Below are positions 38,829-51,500 of a stretch of DNA of 64,000 nt, in pieces. A program made the translations under genes and the position numbers. The DNA comes from an uncultured Candidatus Rokubacteria bacterium (GTDB taxonomy: Bacteria > Methylomirabilota > Methylomirabilia > Rokubacteriales > CSP1-6): assembly GCA_963747235.1 (NCBI GenBank), contig CAVVEU010000014.1, forward strand, positions 228,989-292,988, given 5' to 3'. The notes below the pieces were generated by a model. The model searched no databases. It worked only from the letters and a program-made list of their open reading frames with translations, and had not been told where the DNA came from. How positions within the stretch are numbered: position 1 is the stretch's first letter; each line of letters starts with the position of its first letter.

Positions 38829-41800
38829 CTACGCCCGGCCCAGAACGCCAATCCACTCCGCGACGACCTGCACGTCCCCCTCGGACTGCGGAGTCAGGTG
38901 ATCGGCTTGAAGTCGGGGTTCAGCGGTGACAGCGCGATTTCTGCGTGTCGCCAGCCGCCTTCGCCGTCCGCCACGCTTCTCGAGGAGTAGCGCTTCACGG
39001 TGAATGCGCCGCCGGTGTCGGGATCAGCCGGCCCTCGATACTGCACGAGAACGATCTTCCCTTGGCGGCTCCCTCCGGCTTCGCGCGGAAGACACAGTAG
39101 TCGCCATCGCGGATCGTCGGCTCCATCGAGCGGCCGACGGCCCCGCCACGAACATCTGCTCGTCGAGCCTGCCGACGCCGTCGGCCTCGACCCAACCCTC
39201 CGGCTCCACCGCCTCGCCGTTCCCGAAGTAGCCGGCGGCGGCCTTGAGGGAGTAGAGCGGCAGCAGCGTCTTGAACGCCTCTCGCTTGACCCGCTCGTCG
39301 TCGAGCGAGATCAGGCGGAGCTGCGGCTCAGGACGCGGCACGACGAGCGCCTCGGCCAGGTCCGCCAGCGACTGCACGCCGCGCCGCAAGCGCTGCCTCG
39401 AACTTCCGCTGCGGCACGAAGAGATACCGCCACTGGCCATACTCGGTGCCGCTCATCTTCTCGCACCAGAGCCGCGCCGCCTCGCTCTTGAGCGCCGTGT
39501 TCGGCCGGATCTCGCCCTTGGTCTCGGCGAGCCACATCACCTCGCGGCCGTCCGCGTCGCGCGCCGACGATGATGAAGTCCGGGTAGTACTGCCGCGGCC
39601 GGTTGCTCTCGTAGTAGGTCACCGAGAAGCCGAAGCCGCTCGTTCTTGAAGTAGCGGACGACATCCTTCGCGCCGTCGAGGAAGTCGGCGAAGCGCTTCT
39701 CGAGGTCGGTGTGGCAGGGCACCTTGTTCGTGTGGCAGCGCTTGCCCTCGGCGACGATGCCGGTCCACTGGAAGCGGCGCAGGTTCGCCGAGTCGAGCCA
39801 CTCCGGGAGCCGAGGATCGGCACGGCCTCGACGCCCGGCGACGCCGGCGCCGCGAATCGCAGTGTCGAGCACGTCCAGCGCCTGCCGCCGCCAGAAGTAG
39901 ATGCCGACGTCGCGCAGGTCGCTCTGCACGCCGCCCACCTCCAGCGGCACGACCCGCGAATCGAGGTAGCGCCGCGACACGTCGAGCAGCTCGTCGAAGG
40001 TCGGGCCGATGCCGAGGTCCGCAGCGGAGCCCGGGTTGGTCTCCTGGTACAGCTCCTCGGCCATCAGGAAGGCCGTCCGCAGCATCGGCCACTCCTTGCG
40101 GACCTCCTCGAGCGTCATGACCGCCTCGGGCGCGCCACCCACGACCGGGCGCACATGCACATCCGGCGGCGTCTCCTTCGGGTTGAGCCGAATCTGCGGC
40201 AGGTCCTCCACCCGGATCAGATCCGCCAGCGACTCGGTCACGCCCACCGCCCACGACCGCACGTTCGGCACCTGCACGCGGTACTTCTCCTTCTTCGGGT
40301 CCGGCTCGATCCAGACCGGCTTCTGGCCCCACTCGCCGGTCTTGGGACGCTTGCGCTTCTCGACCGGGAAGCCGACGAAGGGGATGCCGAAGGCGTCCAC
40401 CGTCTCCTCGCTCCCCTCGGGTCGCTCCTCGAGCGGCTGGTTCAGCACGTCGTAGTTCGTGCGCCGCAAGCCCGCGGCCGATGATCTGCTCGGTCAGGAG
40501 CGGCGAACCGAAGGCGCGCAGGCCGAGGATGTGGGTCACGCTCTTCACGTCCCAGCCCTCGGAGAGCATGTTCACGCTGACGATGCAGCGCACGTGCTCG
40601 CCGGGCTTCCCCTTCGAGCCGACGGTGTTCACCATCTCGCGCAGCACCGCCTCGTTGCCCTTGTCGGCGTCGAAGACCTTGGAGTCGATCTGGATCGTCA
40701 CCCAGCGCGTGCGGTCGTCGTCGTCCGGGTTGCGCAGCAGCTCGTACTCGCGCGTCAGGTGCTCGAAGAGCCACGCGGCGCGCTGGGCGCTGTCGGCCAC
40801 GCAGAGGAGCACCGGGCTCGGCCCGGCCGCATCGAACTCGAACGTGCTCGCCCACTCGTCGTGGTCCTTCTTCCACGACGAGTAGATGCTCGCGATCGCG
40901 CCCTTGCAGGCGCGCAGGTACTCCTCCTTGGTCTTGGCGCCCTTCACCAGGTCCCACAGGTCGAGGTACACGCGCCCGTGCTCGTCCGGATCGGGCAGGC
41001 GCACGACCTTGACCAGCCCGGACTCGAACGCGTCGTAGACCGAGAAGTCCGACACCAGCCACTCGAAGAGCGTCCCCTCCGGCTTGGGCGAGCCGGAGCC
41101 GTACCAGGGCGTCGCCGACAGGTCGATCACCAGGCTCACGCGCGCGGCCTTGCCGATGCGCTCGAGGATCTTGCTCCACTTGATGTAGCTCGGGGTCCTC
41201 GCCCTTCTTGCCGCGCTTCTCGCCGTAGACGTGGTGCGCCTCGTCGTTGATCACCACGAGGTCGCGCCAGCCGCCGAGCAGCCGCCGGATCGGCGCGTTC
41301 GGGTCCTGCCGCGCGCGGCGCTGCATCGCGCGCAGCACCGCCTGCGGGATGAACCGCCCCTCCTCGAGCGGCACCTCGCCCTCGCCGATCCAGTCCTCGC
41401 GCTTCGCTCTCGAGCGGGATGCCCTGCCAGTTGCGCACCAGCACGTTCGGGTGGAACTCCTCCCGGTACTCGGGCGGCACCATCTCGAAGGCGTCGTAGA
41501 GGTTGTGCTCGCCGGCCGGGTCGAGCCCGTCGCCGCGCGGCTGCCCGCTCACCCGGTCGCGCACCGTGAGGTTCGGCACGAGCACCAGGAAGTTCGCCGA
41601 GAGCGACGAGCCGCTCACCTTGCGCTTGTGCAGCGTCGCCCAGGTGACGAAGAGCGCCATCACCACGGTCTTGCCGGTGCCGGTGGCGAGCTTGAGCGCG
41701 TAGCGCAGCAGGTCGCCGGTCTCCGGCATCTTCCGCCGGCCCTGCACCTCGTAGAGGTAGATGACCGTCTCGACCGCCTCCTGCTGGCAGAAGAAGAAGC

Positions 41801-42159
41801 GCTTGCGCGACCGCCCGGCGCTCCTCGTCGCGCTCGAACCACCACTCGAGCAGCCGCCGCGTGACCACCGCCGTGCCCGGGTAGCCGGCCTCGCGCCACG
41901 CGCGCACCTCGTCGCGGAGCTGGTTGACGAAGTCGTTCACTGCTCGGCGGCTGAGGCCGAGCAGGTCCTCGAAGAGCCGCGCCTCCTTGCCGACGACGCC
42001 GGCGATGCCGCCCTTCACGTCCTTCGCCGAGGCGAGGAAGCGCATCGACGGCCGGCGCGTCTCGACGCGCTTCGAGCGGCCGCCGGGCAGGAGCTGGTAG
42101 TGCCGGTCCGGCTCGCGGAAGGCGTCGCAGATGACGACGCGATCGACAACGTAGGCCAT
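38829..42159 (-). CDS. res: Type III restriction Res-like SF2 helicase-nuclease with C-terminal S24 (LexA-like) peptidase domain; many frameshifts
   Basis: LATGTGKT, DEAHH, SATP, MLSEGWD, QIIGRG, YYPDFII...ETKG, then LPLYSLKAAAG, GRSMEP, GDYCVFR, TVKRY, PLNPDF, VVAEW. Confidence 0.82.
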
Positions 42160-42172
42160 CGCGCGCGCCTCC

Positions 42173-44726
42173 TTACGCCAGGTCCCGCACGACGGTGGAC
42201 TCGTTGCCGTACACGTCCACGACCTTCACCGCGATGCGCTTGTAGCCGCGCACCGGGAACGGCTCCGAGTCGAGCTTGAGCGTGAACTCCTCCGGGTCCA
42301 CCTCGGCCTTGAGCGCGGCCTTGATGTTCGGCGCCTTCTTGAAGTCGAAGAACATCTGGCAGTCCACGAAGCAGTCGCCGTCGTAGTCCTCGTCGAGGTA
42401 CCACGCCGAGACGTAGCCCGAGTCCGCCGCCTTGTACTCGGTGGTGCGGCGCTTGCGGTCGAAGAGCGCCACACCCTTGAGCGTGACGCGGAGCTGCTTC
42501 TCCTTGCCGTTCTTCTCGACCGCGACCTCGATGTCCGGCAGCGCGAGCGGCGAGAAGAGCATCTCCGGCTGCGTCGCCTTGAGCCCCTCGGCGAGCGTGT
42601 CCGGGCGGATCATGATCAGCTCGACCTTCACCTTGCCGCGCTTCTCGAGCTGCGACTTCACCTCGCCGACGTTCGCCTCGAAGGCCCAGCCGAGCACGTG
42701 CACCTCGAGGATGCCCGAGGCGAGCGCGTCCTGGACGGCGTCGTTGATCTGCTTGCCGGTCACGCGGCCCGAGAGCGGCCCGACGGAGATCGCGATCTTC
42801 TCCTTCTCGGTCTCCGCCACCGCGTGCACGAGCCCGGTCGCGCCCTGGATCGCCGCGTCCTTGCGGTAGAGGCGGCAGATCACCTCGATGTAGTTCTCGA
42901 GCTTCGCCGCCTCGCCGATGCCCGGCTCGCGGACGACGTAGCCCTTCCAGTCCTCGACGGAGTAGCGGCCGAGGGACATGACCTCGAAGGGACCGCAGAC
43001 GCGGATGGCGTCCTTGTCCACCTCGGGCTGATCGACGAGTTCGACCTTCTCGGGCTCAAGGTCGTAGGCGAGGCTCTTGAGCGTGATCGCGGTTGACGCG
43101 TCTTGTAGACGAAGTTCGCCGGACACCTTGCCGTTGCGGGTCTTGTAGTGCTCGAAGCACTGCCGACAGCAAGCGCTGGCGCGCGACATTGACCGCGACA
43201 CGCGACGTGTCGCACGTGATCCACCGTCGGCCCAAGCGTCTCGGCGCAGAACGCAGTCGTGCCAGAGCCGCAGGTTGGGTCGAAGACAAGATCGCCCGGG
43301 TCTGTCGTCATCAGCGATGCAGCGCTCGACGACCTTCGGCGATGTCTGGACGACATAGAGCTTGTGCTCCGCGAAGCCGCCGATGCCGGTGTCGTCCCAG
43401 ATGTTGGTGAACGGCGACGACAGGGAAGTCGTCCGCGTAGCGCTTGTAACGCGAGGCTGCTTCCCGACGCGAATGAGCCGTCGCCTTCTCGCGAGTCGCT
43501 CGCAGCCCTTCGAGGTCCGTCTTCCAGTGGCTGTTCGGCGGCAGGTGAGTACGTCTCGCCCTCGAACTCGAACGGCTCGAGCCGTCCTCGCGACTCGCCC
43601 TTGCGACGAGAGATCGTCAGGCATGAAACGCCGTGCACCATCGGGAAGCGGTCGATGCCTCGCGCTTCTCCTCAGTCGTCAGTCGTCGCACGCGTGCCGT
43701 CCGGCAGCTCCACATAGCGTGTACTGCTCGACAGCGTCGATCCGCCGGCCTTTCGGCATGTAGAGCTGTCGGTACTTGCAGCGCTGCGCTTGTCCTTCGC
43801 GTACCAGAGCAGGTAGTCGCACACTGATCGCAAGACCGGCGTCGCTCTTGCCCGGTCGTCTTGTAGAACGCGATCAGTGCGCAACGAAGTTGGCTGCGCC
43901 AAACACCTCGTCCAGCAGCGTCCGCACGAGGTGCACATTCTCGTCGCTGATCTGGACGAAGATCGAGCCCGATCTCGGTCAGCAGCTCGCGGCAGAGGTA
44001 GAGGCGCTCCTGCAGGTAGGAGAGATACGAGTGAATCCCAAGCGCCCACGTGTCGCGAAACGCCTTGATCGTCAGCACGTCGTCGGCCGCGTCCTTCTCG
44101 TCGTTCTTCGTCGAATCCACCCGCTGCTGGAAGTTCGAGTCGTACTTGATGCCGTACGGCGGGTCGATGTAGATCATCTGCACCTTGCCGCGCAGGTTCT
44201 CGTAGTGGAGCAGCGACTCCATCACGTGCAGCGAGTCGCCGCAGATGAGCTTGTTCTTCCAGCCCTCCTCGTGGGTGTAGAACTCGACGCGCTTGCTCCG
44301 GTCGCTCTCGCGCAGCGTCTTCTCGAGGTCGGCGAAGAGGTGCCCCTGCCGCGCCGCGCCCGACTTCTCCTCGGCCGCCCGGCGCGCCCGCTCGATGATC
44401 TGCGCGATGCGCGACTCGGAGACGATCTCGTTGCGCTGGAGCGGCAGCACCGGCACCTCGCGCCGGTTGCGCTTGCCCGCCCAGAAGAGCACCGGGTCCG
44501 CCGCCGGGTCCATGTCCACGACCACCGGCCGCTCGTCGCCCTCCGGCAGCTTCCCGACCTCGATCGCCTTGCTCCAGCCGTTGTCCATCGGCAGCGTCAC
44601 CACCTGCTCCTCGGCCGGCAGCAGCGACGTGTGCCCGGTCTCGGGCGTGCGCGGCTCCTTGATGTCGTCGTAGGTGTAGCGGGTGACCTTCTTCTCGGTC
44701 TTCGGCTTCTTGGGGTTCGCGGCCAT
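42173..44726 (-). CDS. mod: Type III Mod-like N6-adenine DNA methyltransferase; many frameshifts
   Basis: [58 protein letters not shown]. Confidence 0.88.
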
Positions 44727-44743
44727 GTCGCTCTTGCTCCTCG

Positions 44744-47518
44744 TCACTTGGTTCCGGCAGCGGCCCGGCCGGCCGTGCACATGCCGCGATAGTCGCAGGC
44801 TGCCGCACTTCTTCGGCGTCGGGCGCGGTCGGCAGCGTCGCCGGTGCGCAGCGCCTCGGCCGCGTCGCGCACCTTCGTCTTCACATCGGCGATGAAGTCG
44901 TCGTCCACCGAGCGCGGCTTGCGCTTGCGCTCGTCCAGCTCGTAGATCTCCACGTAGTCCGGCCGGCGGCCGGTGAGGTCCTGGTAGCCGAGCGCGTAGA
45001 CGTGGAGCTGCGTCTCGGTGACGTCCTCCGCCTGGGCGCGATCGCTCGACTTGAGGTCGACGATCGTCGTCTCGCCGGTGTCGATCCGGCGCACGAGGTC
45101 GATGCGCCCGACGATGCTCACGCCGTCGCCGAGGCTGATCTCGATCTGCTTCTCGGAGAACTCGATCTTGTCGAAGAGCGCTGCGTTGTCGGCCAGGTAG
45201 TCGCGCAGCACGCGCTCGGCCGACTGCCTCGAGCTGCTGCCGCAGCGCCGGGTACGCGTAGGGCGCGTGCAGGTGCGTCTCGACGAGCCGCGGCACCTCG
45301 CTCGCGTCGGCGACGTCGCCGCGGATCGCGCGGGCGTGCACCTCGGCCAGCGCGTCGTGCAGCGACTTGCCGTAGCCGAGCGCCTCGTGGATCGGCGCGT
45401 TGAAGCCGTAGAGGATGCGCAGCTTGAACTGGTAGGGACACTCGAAGAAGTACTTGAGGTCGGAGAACGAGAAGACGACGTTCGCGACGCCGGCGCGCGG
45501 CGTCGGCGGCAGGCGCTTGCGCGTCGAGTAGTCGGGCGCGCGGCGCTTCACGTACTTCGAGGCGAGGATGTCGTTCCAGAACTCGCGAGCGCCGCTGCGT
45601 AACGGTTGTTCTTGCCGGCGATCGGCGCCCAGGTCAGGTGCAGGAACTTCTGGCTGCGCGTCATCGCGACGTAGAAGAGCCGCCGCTCGTCCTCGATCGT
45701 GCCCTCGAAGCGCGCCTGCCCTCGGACGCCGGCGCGGGGCAGCAGGTGCCAGACGCTGCGGCCACCGCTTCTTGCCGCCGGGAAGCGGTTCCGGAGCAGC
45801 GCCGGCACGAACACGACCGGCCACTGCATTCCCTTGGCCTGGTGGATGGTCATGATCCGCACGGCGTCGGGGTTGGCGTACTGGTTGTCCTGCCAGCCCT
45901 CGGGGTAGGCGTCCTCGGCGCGGTACTGGAGGAAGTCGGCGAACGAGCCGTACTTCTCGACCGGCTTCGAGTGGAAGTGGATCGTCTCGAAGTCGGAGAT
46001 GACCTGGCTGAACTTGCCGAGGTTGTAGAAGACGACCTCGCCTCGCCCGTCCGGAACCAGCTCCTCGCGGACGCCAGCCTCCTCGAGGAAGTTCAGGAAG
46101 ACGCGCTGGATCGAGTACTGCCCCCAGCGCTTCTGGTCGGGATCGGTCAGCGCGGCCTTGGCGGCGGCGGCGCCCGCGATCGCCTGATCGAGCGCCGCCG
46201 GGTCGAGGCCGAGACTGGCGGCCTCCCAGGCGCCTTCAGCGGCAGCTTCGTCCACCCCTGGCCGGTCGGCGATGAAGTAGAAGAGCTGCCGGGCCGCTTC
46301 CGCCTCGGCGTGCCGAACAGGTTCGTCATGCCGGTGACGACGAACGGGATGCCGGCCGCCTGAAGCGCTCGCGTGATCGGCTCGGCGTTCGCCTTCACGC
46401 TGCGCAGCAAGCACCGCCATGTCGGACCAGGACAGCCCACGCTCGACCTCGTCCTCCTTGAACGCGACGCCACGCAGCGCCTGGATCGTCTCGGCGATGT
46501 GACTGCGCCTCCTCATCCGGGTCGGCGAACGAGAGCGCCACGATGTCGCCGGCCTCGTAGGGCTGCGCGCCGGTCGGCTTCATCGCCTTCGGGAGCCGCG
46601 CGCCGTTCTGCTCGATGAAGGCGCGCGCCGTCTCGACGATGCCCTCGCTCGAGCGGAAGTTCTCTTCGAGGGGAATCTGCTCGACGCCGGGGTAGCGCTT
46701 GTCGAACGTGAGGATGTTCTCGACGTCGCTGCCGCGCCACTGGTAGATCGTCTGGTCGTCGTCGCCGACCACGCAGATGCGCGCGCCCAGCTCGTGCAGC
46801 GACCAGACGATCGCCTCCTGCACCGGGTTCACGTCCTGGTACTCGTCGACGATGACGTACTTCACGCGCTCGGCGAGGCGCTCTCGGAGGCCGTCGTCGT
46901 TCGTCAGGAGCGTCGACCGCCTCTTCGAGGATCGACGAGTAGTCGAGGTAGCTCTTGTCGTCGAGCAGGCCTTGGTAGGCCGTCGAGGCCGTCGAGCAGC
47001 GAGCAGCCGTCGAGCTGCGCGTCATCGCGTTCCGCTTCGCGCAGGATCGACAGCGCGGTGACGTAGTGCCCGGTGTCCCGGTAACGCTTCAGCGCCGCGC
47101 CGGTGAGGTCGGTGGACGTGGTGAGCCCGCTCTTGCTTGCTGTTGCGATCGACGAACAGCCCCTGCTGGACCTCGTTCAGGACCTCGAACTTGAGGTACT
47201 TCGGCGACTCGGACTTCAGAAGCTCGAGGCAGAAGGCGTGGATCGTGCCGACGAACATCTCGGCCATGCCCGGGATGCTCGCCGAGCGCCTCGCGGGTGC
47301 GCGTGACGATCCGCTCCTTCAGCTCGGCGGCGGCCTTGTCGGTGAAGGTGAAGGCGATGATGTTGCGCGGCGCGAGAGCGCTCCGCCCTGCCCGGCGTGA
47401 GCAGATGGACGACGCGCCGCGCGACGACCTCGGTCTTGCCGGACCCGGCGCAGGCGATGAGCTGGAGGTTGCCGCCGCCGTGCTCGATGGCCTTCTGCTG
47501 GGAATCAGTGAGCTTCAC
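44744..47518 (-). CDS. UvrD/PcrA-like SF1 helicase fused to a RecB/AddB-type PD-(D/E)XK nuclease; frameshifts
   Basis: ACAGSGKT, FTFT, GTIHAFC, VDEYQD, GDDDQTIY, ENFRS, TIHQAKG, ERRLFYVAMTR; then CPYQF, GRID, VDLKS, QLHVY and a terminal Cys cluster. Confidence 0.88.
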
Positions 47519-47762
47519 GTGAGCCGGTTCTCCACTGAAACTCGACGGCGTTCATCGCGCACTCCACCCATCACCGGAAGTTCGCTCCCGGGTCGCATCA
47601 AGAAGGGCGGCCTACTGTCGGTGGTTGACGGCTCGGACTGCTTCTGCCGCTCTCCTCTCCTTGCCTTTCCCGAGTCGCGCCTCGTGGCGCCCTTGCGGCC
47701 AATAGCGGACAGCTCAAGGTGCCGCTCCTGCCCTCGCAGTCGATTTCCCCCGCGAGTGGTTG

Positions 47763-48080
47763 CTAGCGCGCTCGTCCCGTGTATTCCGCCTTCTTCTTCT
47801 TCGTCGTCGATCCCGGCCACGCCCGATAGACCTGGATGCGCTGATGGTCGGGCGTGAGGCCGATGGTCAGCATGAGCCCCATCGATTTGCCTCGGCCCAA
47901 GCGCCGGTAGGAGTTGACGTCGTGCGCGCCTGCGTCGAGGCTCAGGCGCAGCCGGTTGACCTCGTCGAGCGGGAGGAAAATGTTCACCATCTTCGAGCCG
48001 GTCACGAGCGCGTCCGGGCTCATGCTCTCGTAGCCAGCGGTGCCATAGTTGCCTTCCTTGCGCGACACTGCCCGTTTCAT
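47763..48080 (-). CDS. Hypothetical protein
   Basis: GGAGG RBS; first ORF downstream of the tRNA; no recognisable motif. Confidence 0.5.
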   Translation of the reverse strand: MKRAVSRKEGNYGTAGYESMSPDALVTGSKMVNIFLPLDEVNRLRLSLDAGAHDVNSYRRLGRGKSMGLMLTIGLTPDHQRIQVYRAWPGSTTKKKKAEYTGRAR

Positions 48081-48163
48081 CGTCGCGGCCTCCGTCGCGT
48101 GGTTGCTGGGGGTTGTAGCCGACTCGTCCCCTCCCGCCAGGAGCCAATAAGTCCTTGTAATCG

Positions 48164-48238
48164 TGGAGCCGGGGGCGGGAGTTGAACCCGCGACCTACTG
48201 ATTACGAATCAGTTGCTCTGCCACTGAGCTACCCCGGC
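48164..48238 (-). tRNA. tRNA-Thr(CGT)
   Basis: Reverse complement GCCGGGGTAGCTCAGTGGCAGAGCAACTGATT-CGT-AATCAGTAGGTCGCGGGTTCAACTCCCGCCCCCGGCTCCA; cloverleaf with CCA end. Confidence 0.97.
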
Positions 48239-48475
48239 TTTTCGCGGACTTGCGAGCGGCGCGGGGTCGAGTTTACCACCATGGCCCCTCGTATGGACCA
48301 GATCGTTCCGGGGTGTTCCAGGGAGGCGGACTCGAGGATCTTCGCACGCTTGCTTGTTCGAACGCCGTGCGCACGTCGCGCCAGGCCGCGCCGGCGAAAG
48401 GCCGTTTCGGGTGACCGTGACTTCTGATTTGCGACCTCCTCTTCGGTAACCGAAGCTTTGCGGTGATTCGGGATA

Positions 48476-48504
48476 TTGACAAACGTCAGGCGCGCTTCTA
48501 ACCT
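48476..48504 (+). promoter_or_regulatory. Sigma70-type promoter
   Basis: TTGACA-N17-TAACCT. Confidence 0.6.
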
Positions 48505-48586
48505 AACCGGGGTCATGCGGGCACCTCTTTCGTGGGTGCGGCGGAGGTCGGACTGCGCCTGCGTGTTCTACCTTGGAGGAGTCCTC

Positions 48587-49180
48587 ATGCGCGTAGCTTT
48601 TCGCGGTGCCCGTCAGTGGTGTCGAACAGGGGCACACCTCTTTCGGGCCGGCGGGCCCACATGGCTCGGGATCGTGTTGATCCTGGGTGCGTGCAGCAGC
48701 GCGCAACCTACCGCGTTCAACCCTCCGTTCTTTGATCGCGCACTCCGACAGAGTTATGCGATCACGCCGGACGAGCTCAAGACGCTCCAGTTCTACATCT
48801 CAGGAGAGGTGCTCGCCCATAGGATCGAGGACCGGTCGCCGACCGCCACACCCGACGTCGTGATCGTCCCCGCCGGCACGCCGGGACTCGTGCGGGAGGT
48901 CGGCTCCGATTGGCTGCGCGTGGCGTTCACGGAGGGCGGAGAGGGTGTTCTGTTCCGGCTCCGGGCCGACCGCAATGATTCGGTGTACGCGCTGGCCACG
49001 ACCACCGAGAGCGGCGAGATCGTGCTCGTGAGCCGGCTCCCCGAACCTGTCGTCACCACGGGTGGCCGGCGATTCAAGATCATCAGCGGCGCCACTGCCT
49101 ACCTGCTCGTCAACAATGACGACTTGAACCGATTGCTCGCGGGTCGCCAGCGTCCAGGGGGCCTCCAGCTCCCGCGCTAA
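48587..49180 (+). CDS. Hypothetical lipoprotein
   Basis: GGAGGAG RBS; hydrophobic stretch ending in LGAC. Confidence 0.6.
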   Translation: MRVAFRGARQWCRTGAHLFRAGGPTWLGIVLILGACSSAQPTAFNPPFFDRALRQSYAITPDELKTLQFYISGEVLAHRIEDRSPTATPDVVIVPAGTPGLVREVGSDWLRVAFTEGGEGVLFRLRADRNDSVYALATTTESGEIVLVSRLPEPVVTTGGRRFKIISGATAYLLVNNDDLNRLLAGRQRPGGLQLPR

Positions 49181-49259
49181 CCACCGGGATCTACCGCACG
49201 TTGCCGGGCCGCGTGCGCGCCTTGACCAACCCGCATCGTCGGGCTAGCTTCGGGGAAAC

Positions 49260-49994
49260 GTGCCAGTCCCTGTGTCGGTGCTGATCCTGGCGGGGTTGGT
49301 GGTGTGGGCTACCTGGTGTTCGGCGTGACGGGCTTCGGGGCGTCGCCGATCACCATTCCCGTCCTCGTCCACCTCCTCCCCCTCACGTTCGGTGCTCGCG
49401 CTGGCCGCGATCCTTGACCTCAGCGCGGCACTTGTCCTCGGGTTCCATACACGCCGGCAGGCGGACGCGCGCGAGATCGCGGCGCTCGTGCCGTTCACCC
49501 TCGTCGGTCTCACCCTGGGCGTGACGCTGCTCGTCCGCCTGCCCCGGGACACGACGCTGTTGGCGCTGGGGCTGTTCGTGTGCGTCTTCGCGCTCTACGT
49601 GATGGTCCGCCGTGACGCCGTGCGACAACTCAGCCGGGGCTGGGCGGCTCCCGCGGGCATCGCCGGAGGCGTCATCGGCGCCCTGTTCGGCATGGGGGGC
49701 CCGCCGTACGTCATGTACATCACGGGCCGCATCGCCGAGCCGGCAGCGCAACGCGCGACGATTGCTCACATGGTGATCCTGAACGTCGGCTTGCGCGTGG
49801 GGGCGTTCGCCCTCGCCGGCCTGCTCGGCTCCCGCACGCTCTGGGTCGCGGTGGCGATCCTCCTCCCGGTAGCGTGGGCAGGGGTGTGGGCCGGCAATCG
49901 CGTGCACGTCCGCCTGGCGCCAGCGGTGGTCGCACGCATCATCGGCGCCGTGCTGTTCATCGCAGGCGTCACTCTGATCATCCGCACGGTCTGA
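49260..49994 (+). CDS. TauE/SafE-family membrane transporter; N-terminal frameshifts
   Basis: FGVTGFG, GGVIGALFGMGGPPYV, multi-TM. Confidence 0.82.
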
Positions 49995-50076
49995 AGACGT
50001 CGGGCCTCCACTCGCTCCTCGGCGATCGATCGTCGATCGCCTTGACCGGTCTCGGGCCGCCACCTAGAATCCACGC

Positions 50077-51500
50077 ATGTCCACGACGCTGCGCGCGCCC
50101 GACGTCTTCGCCCAGGGGCGGCGGTGGTCAGGGGATGAAGTGGACGCGATCGCCCGGGGCTGGCGAGCCGCGGCGCGTGAACACCTCGCCGGTGATGAGC
50201 AACCGATCGCCGTCGCGCTGCCCAGCACACCCGAGGGCGTCGCGCTGCTCGCGGCGGTGACCTCGCTCCCGCCGGCGGTGATCCTGCTGCATCCGGACGT
50301 GCGGGCCTGGCGCTCGGAGCCGGCGATCCCCGCCGGCACGCCGCTCATCCTGCCGCCGGCGCTGGCCCACCTGGCGGCCGGCGGCGACAAGCTCGGCCTC
50401 GTCCCCCACGTGCTGCCCGAGGCCTCGACCCGCGCGCCGGGGCCCCCGGTCGACATGTTCAGCGGCGGCGGCATCGTGCAGTTCACCTCGGGGTCCACCG
50501 GTCCCCCGAAGCCCGTGTTCTTCCCCATGCCCACGTTCCTCGCCGGGCCCCGAAACCGCGTTCGCTCGATGGGTCTCGAGCCCGGCGCCGGCATCGCCAT
50601 GTCGGCGTCGCCCGCGTACGGGCAGGGCCTGCTGTACCTCGCCACGGCCGTGCTCCTGGGCGGCCCGCTCGCCCTGCTCGATCCCCACGACCATCGGCAG
50701 GCGCTCGTCACGCTCGCCGAGCCGGCTCTCGGTTGCTGGCGCGCCACGCGTCACTTCCTCGAAGCGCTCACCACCTGCACCCTCACCGGTCCCGCCGTGA
50801 TGCCGCGGTTGTGCGTGGTGGGCACCCCCTTGCCAGCCGACATTGCACGACGCCTTCGGCGACGCGGTTCGGGGTGCCGCTGCGCCAGGGTTATTCCTCG
50901 ACGGAGACGGGACCGATCTGCCTCGACGTCGCGCCGCCGGAGCGGGTCCAGCGCGACACCGTGGGAACTCCGCTCGACGGCGTCGAGGTTCGCGTCGGCG
51001 ACGATCCGACCCGGCCGTTCGGGCCGGAGCGCGTGGGGCGGATCTGGGTTCGCAGCCCGAGCCGGATGGCGGGCTACGGCTTCCCGGCGTGCCTCGAGCG
51101 CCCGGGTGACGTGGACGGCTGGTGGCCGACCCAGGACCTGGGAGCGCTTCGCGCCGATGGATATCTGGTCCTCGCCGGCAGGATGGACGATGCGATCCGG
51201 ACCCGGGACAATCGCACCATCAACCTCGCTCACGTGGCCGCGAGCCTCCGGCAGCTGGCGGGCGCGCGGGACGCGGTCGTGGTGCCGCTCGACGGTACCC
51301 ACGGCCGGTCGTTCGGCGCGGTCGTCGAGTGCGACGAGGGGATGACCGCGGCGATCCTTCGGGCGAGGCTCGCCTCGGTGCTGCCGCCGTGGGCATGGCC
51401 CAGTGGGATCGAGCCGGTGCCGGTGCTGCCGCGGCTGCCGAACGGCAAGCCGGATCGCCAGGCCTGCGCGCGGCTGCTGGCCGCGCGGATGGCCGCCGTG
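50077..51500 (+). CDS. AMP-dependent acyl-CoA/acyl-ACP ligase; frameshift near 50850
   Basis: FTSGSTGPPK, GYSSTETG, TQDLG, GRMDD, LPRLPNGKPDR. Confidence 0.85.
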
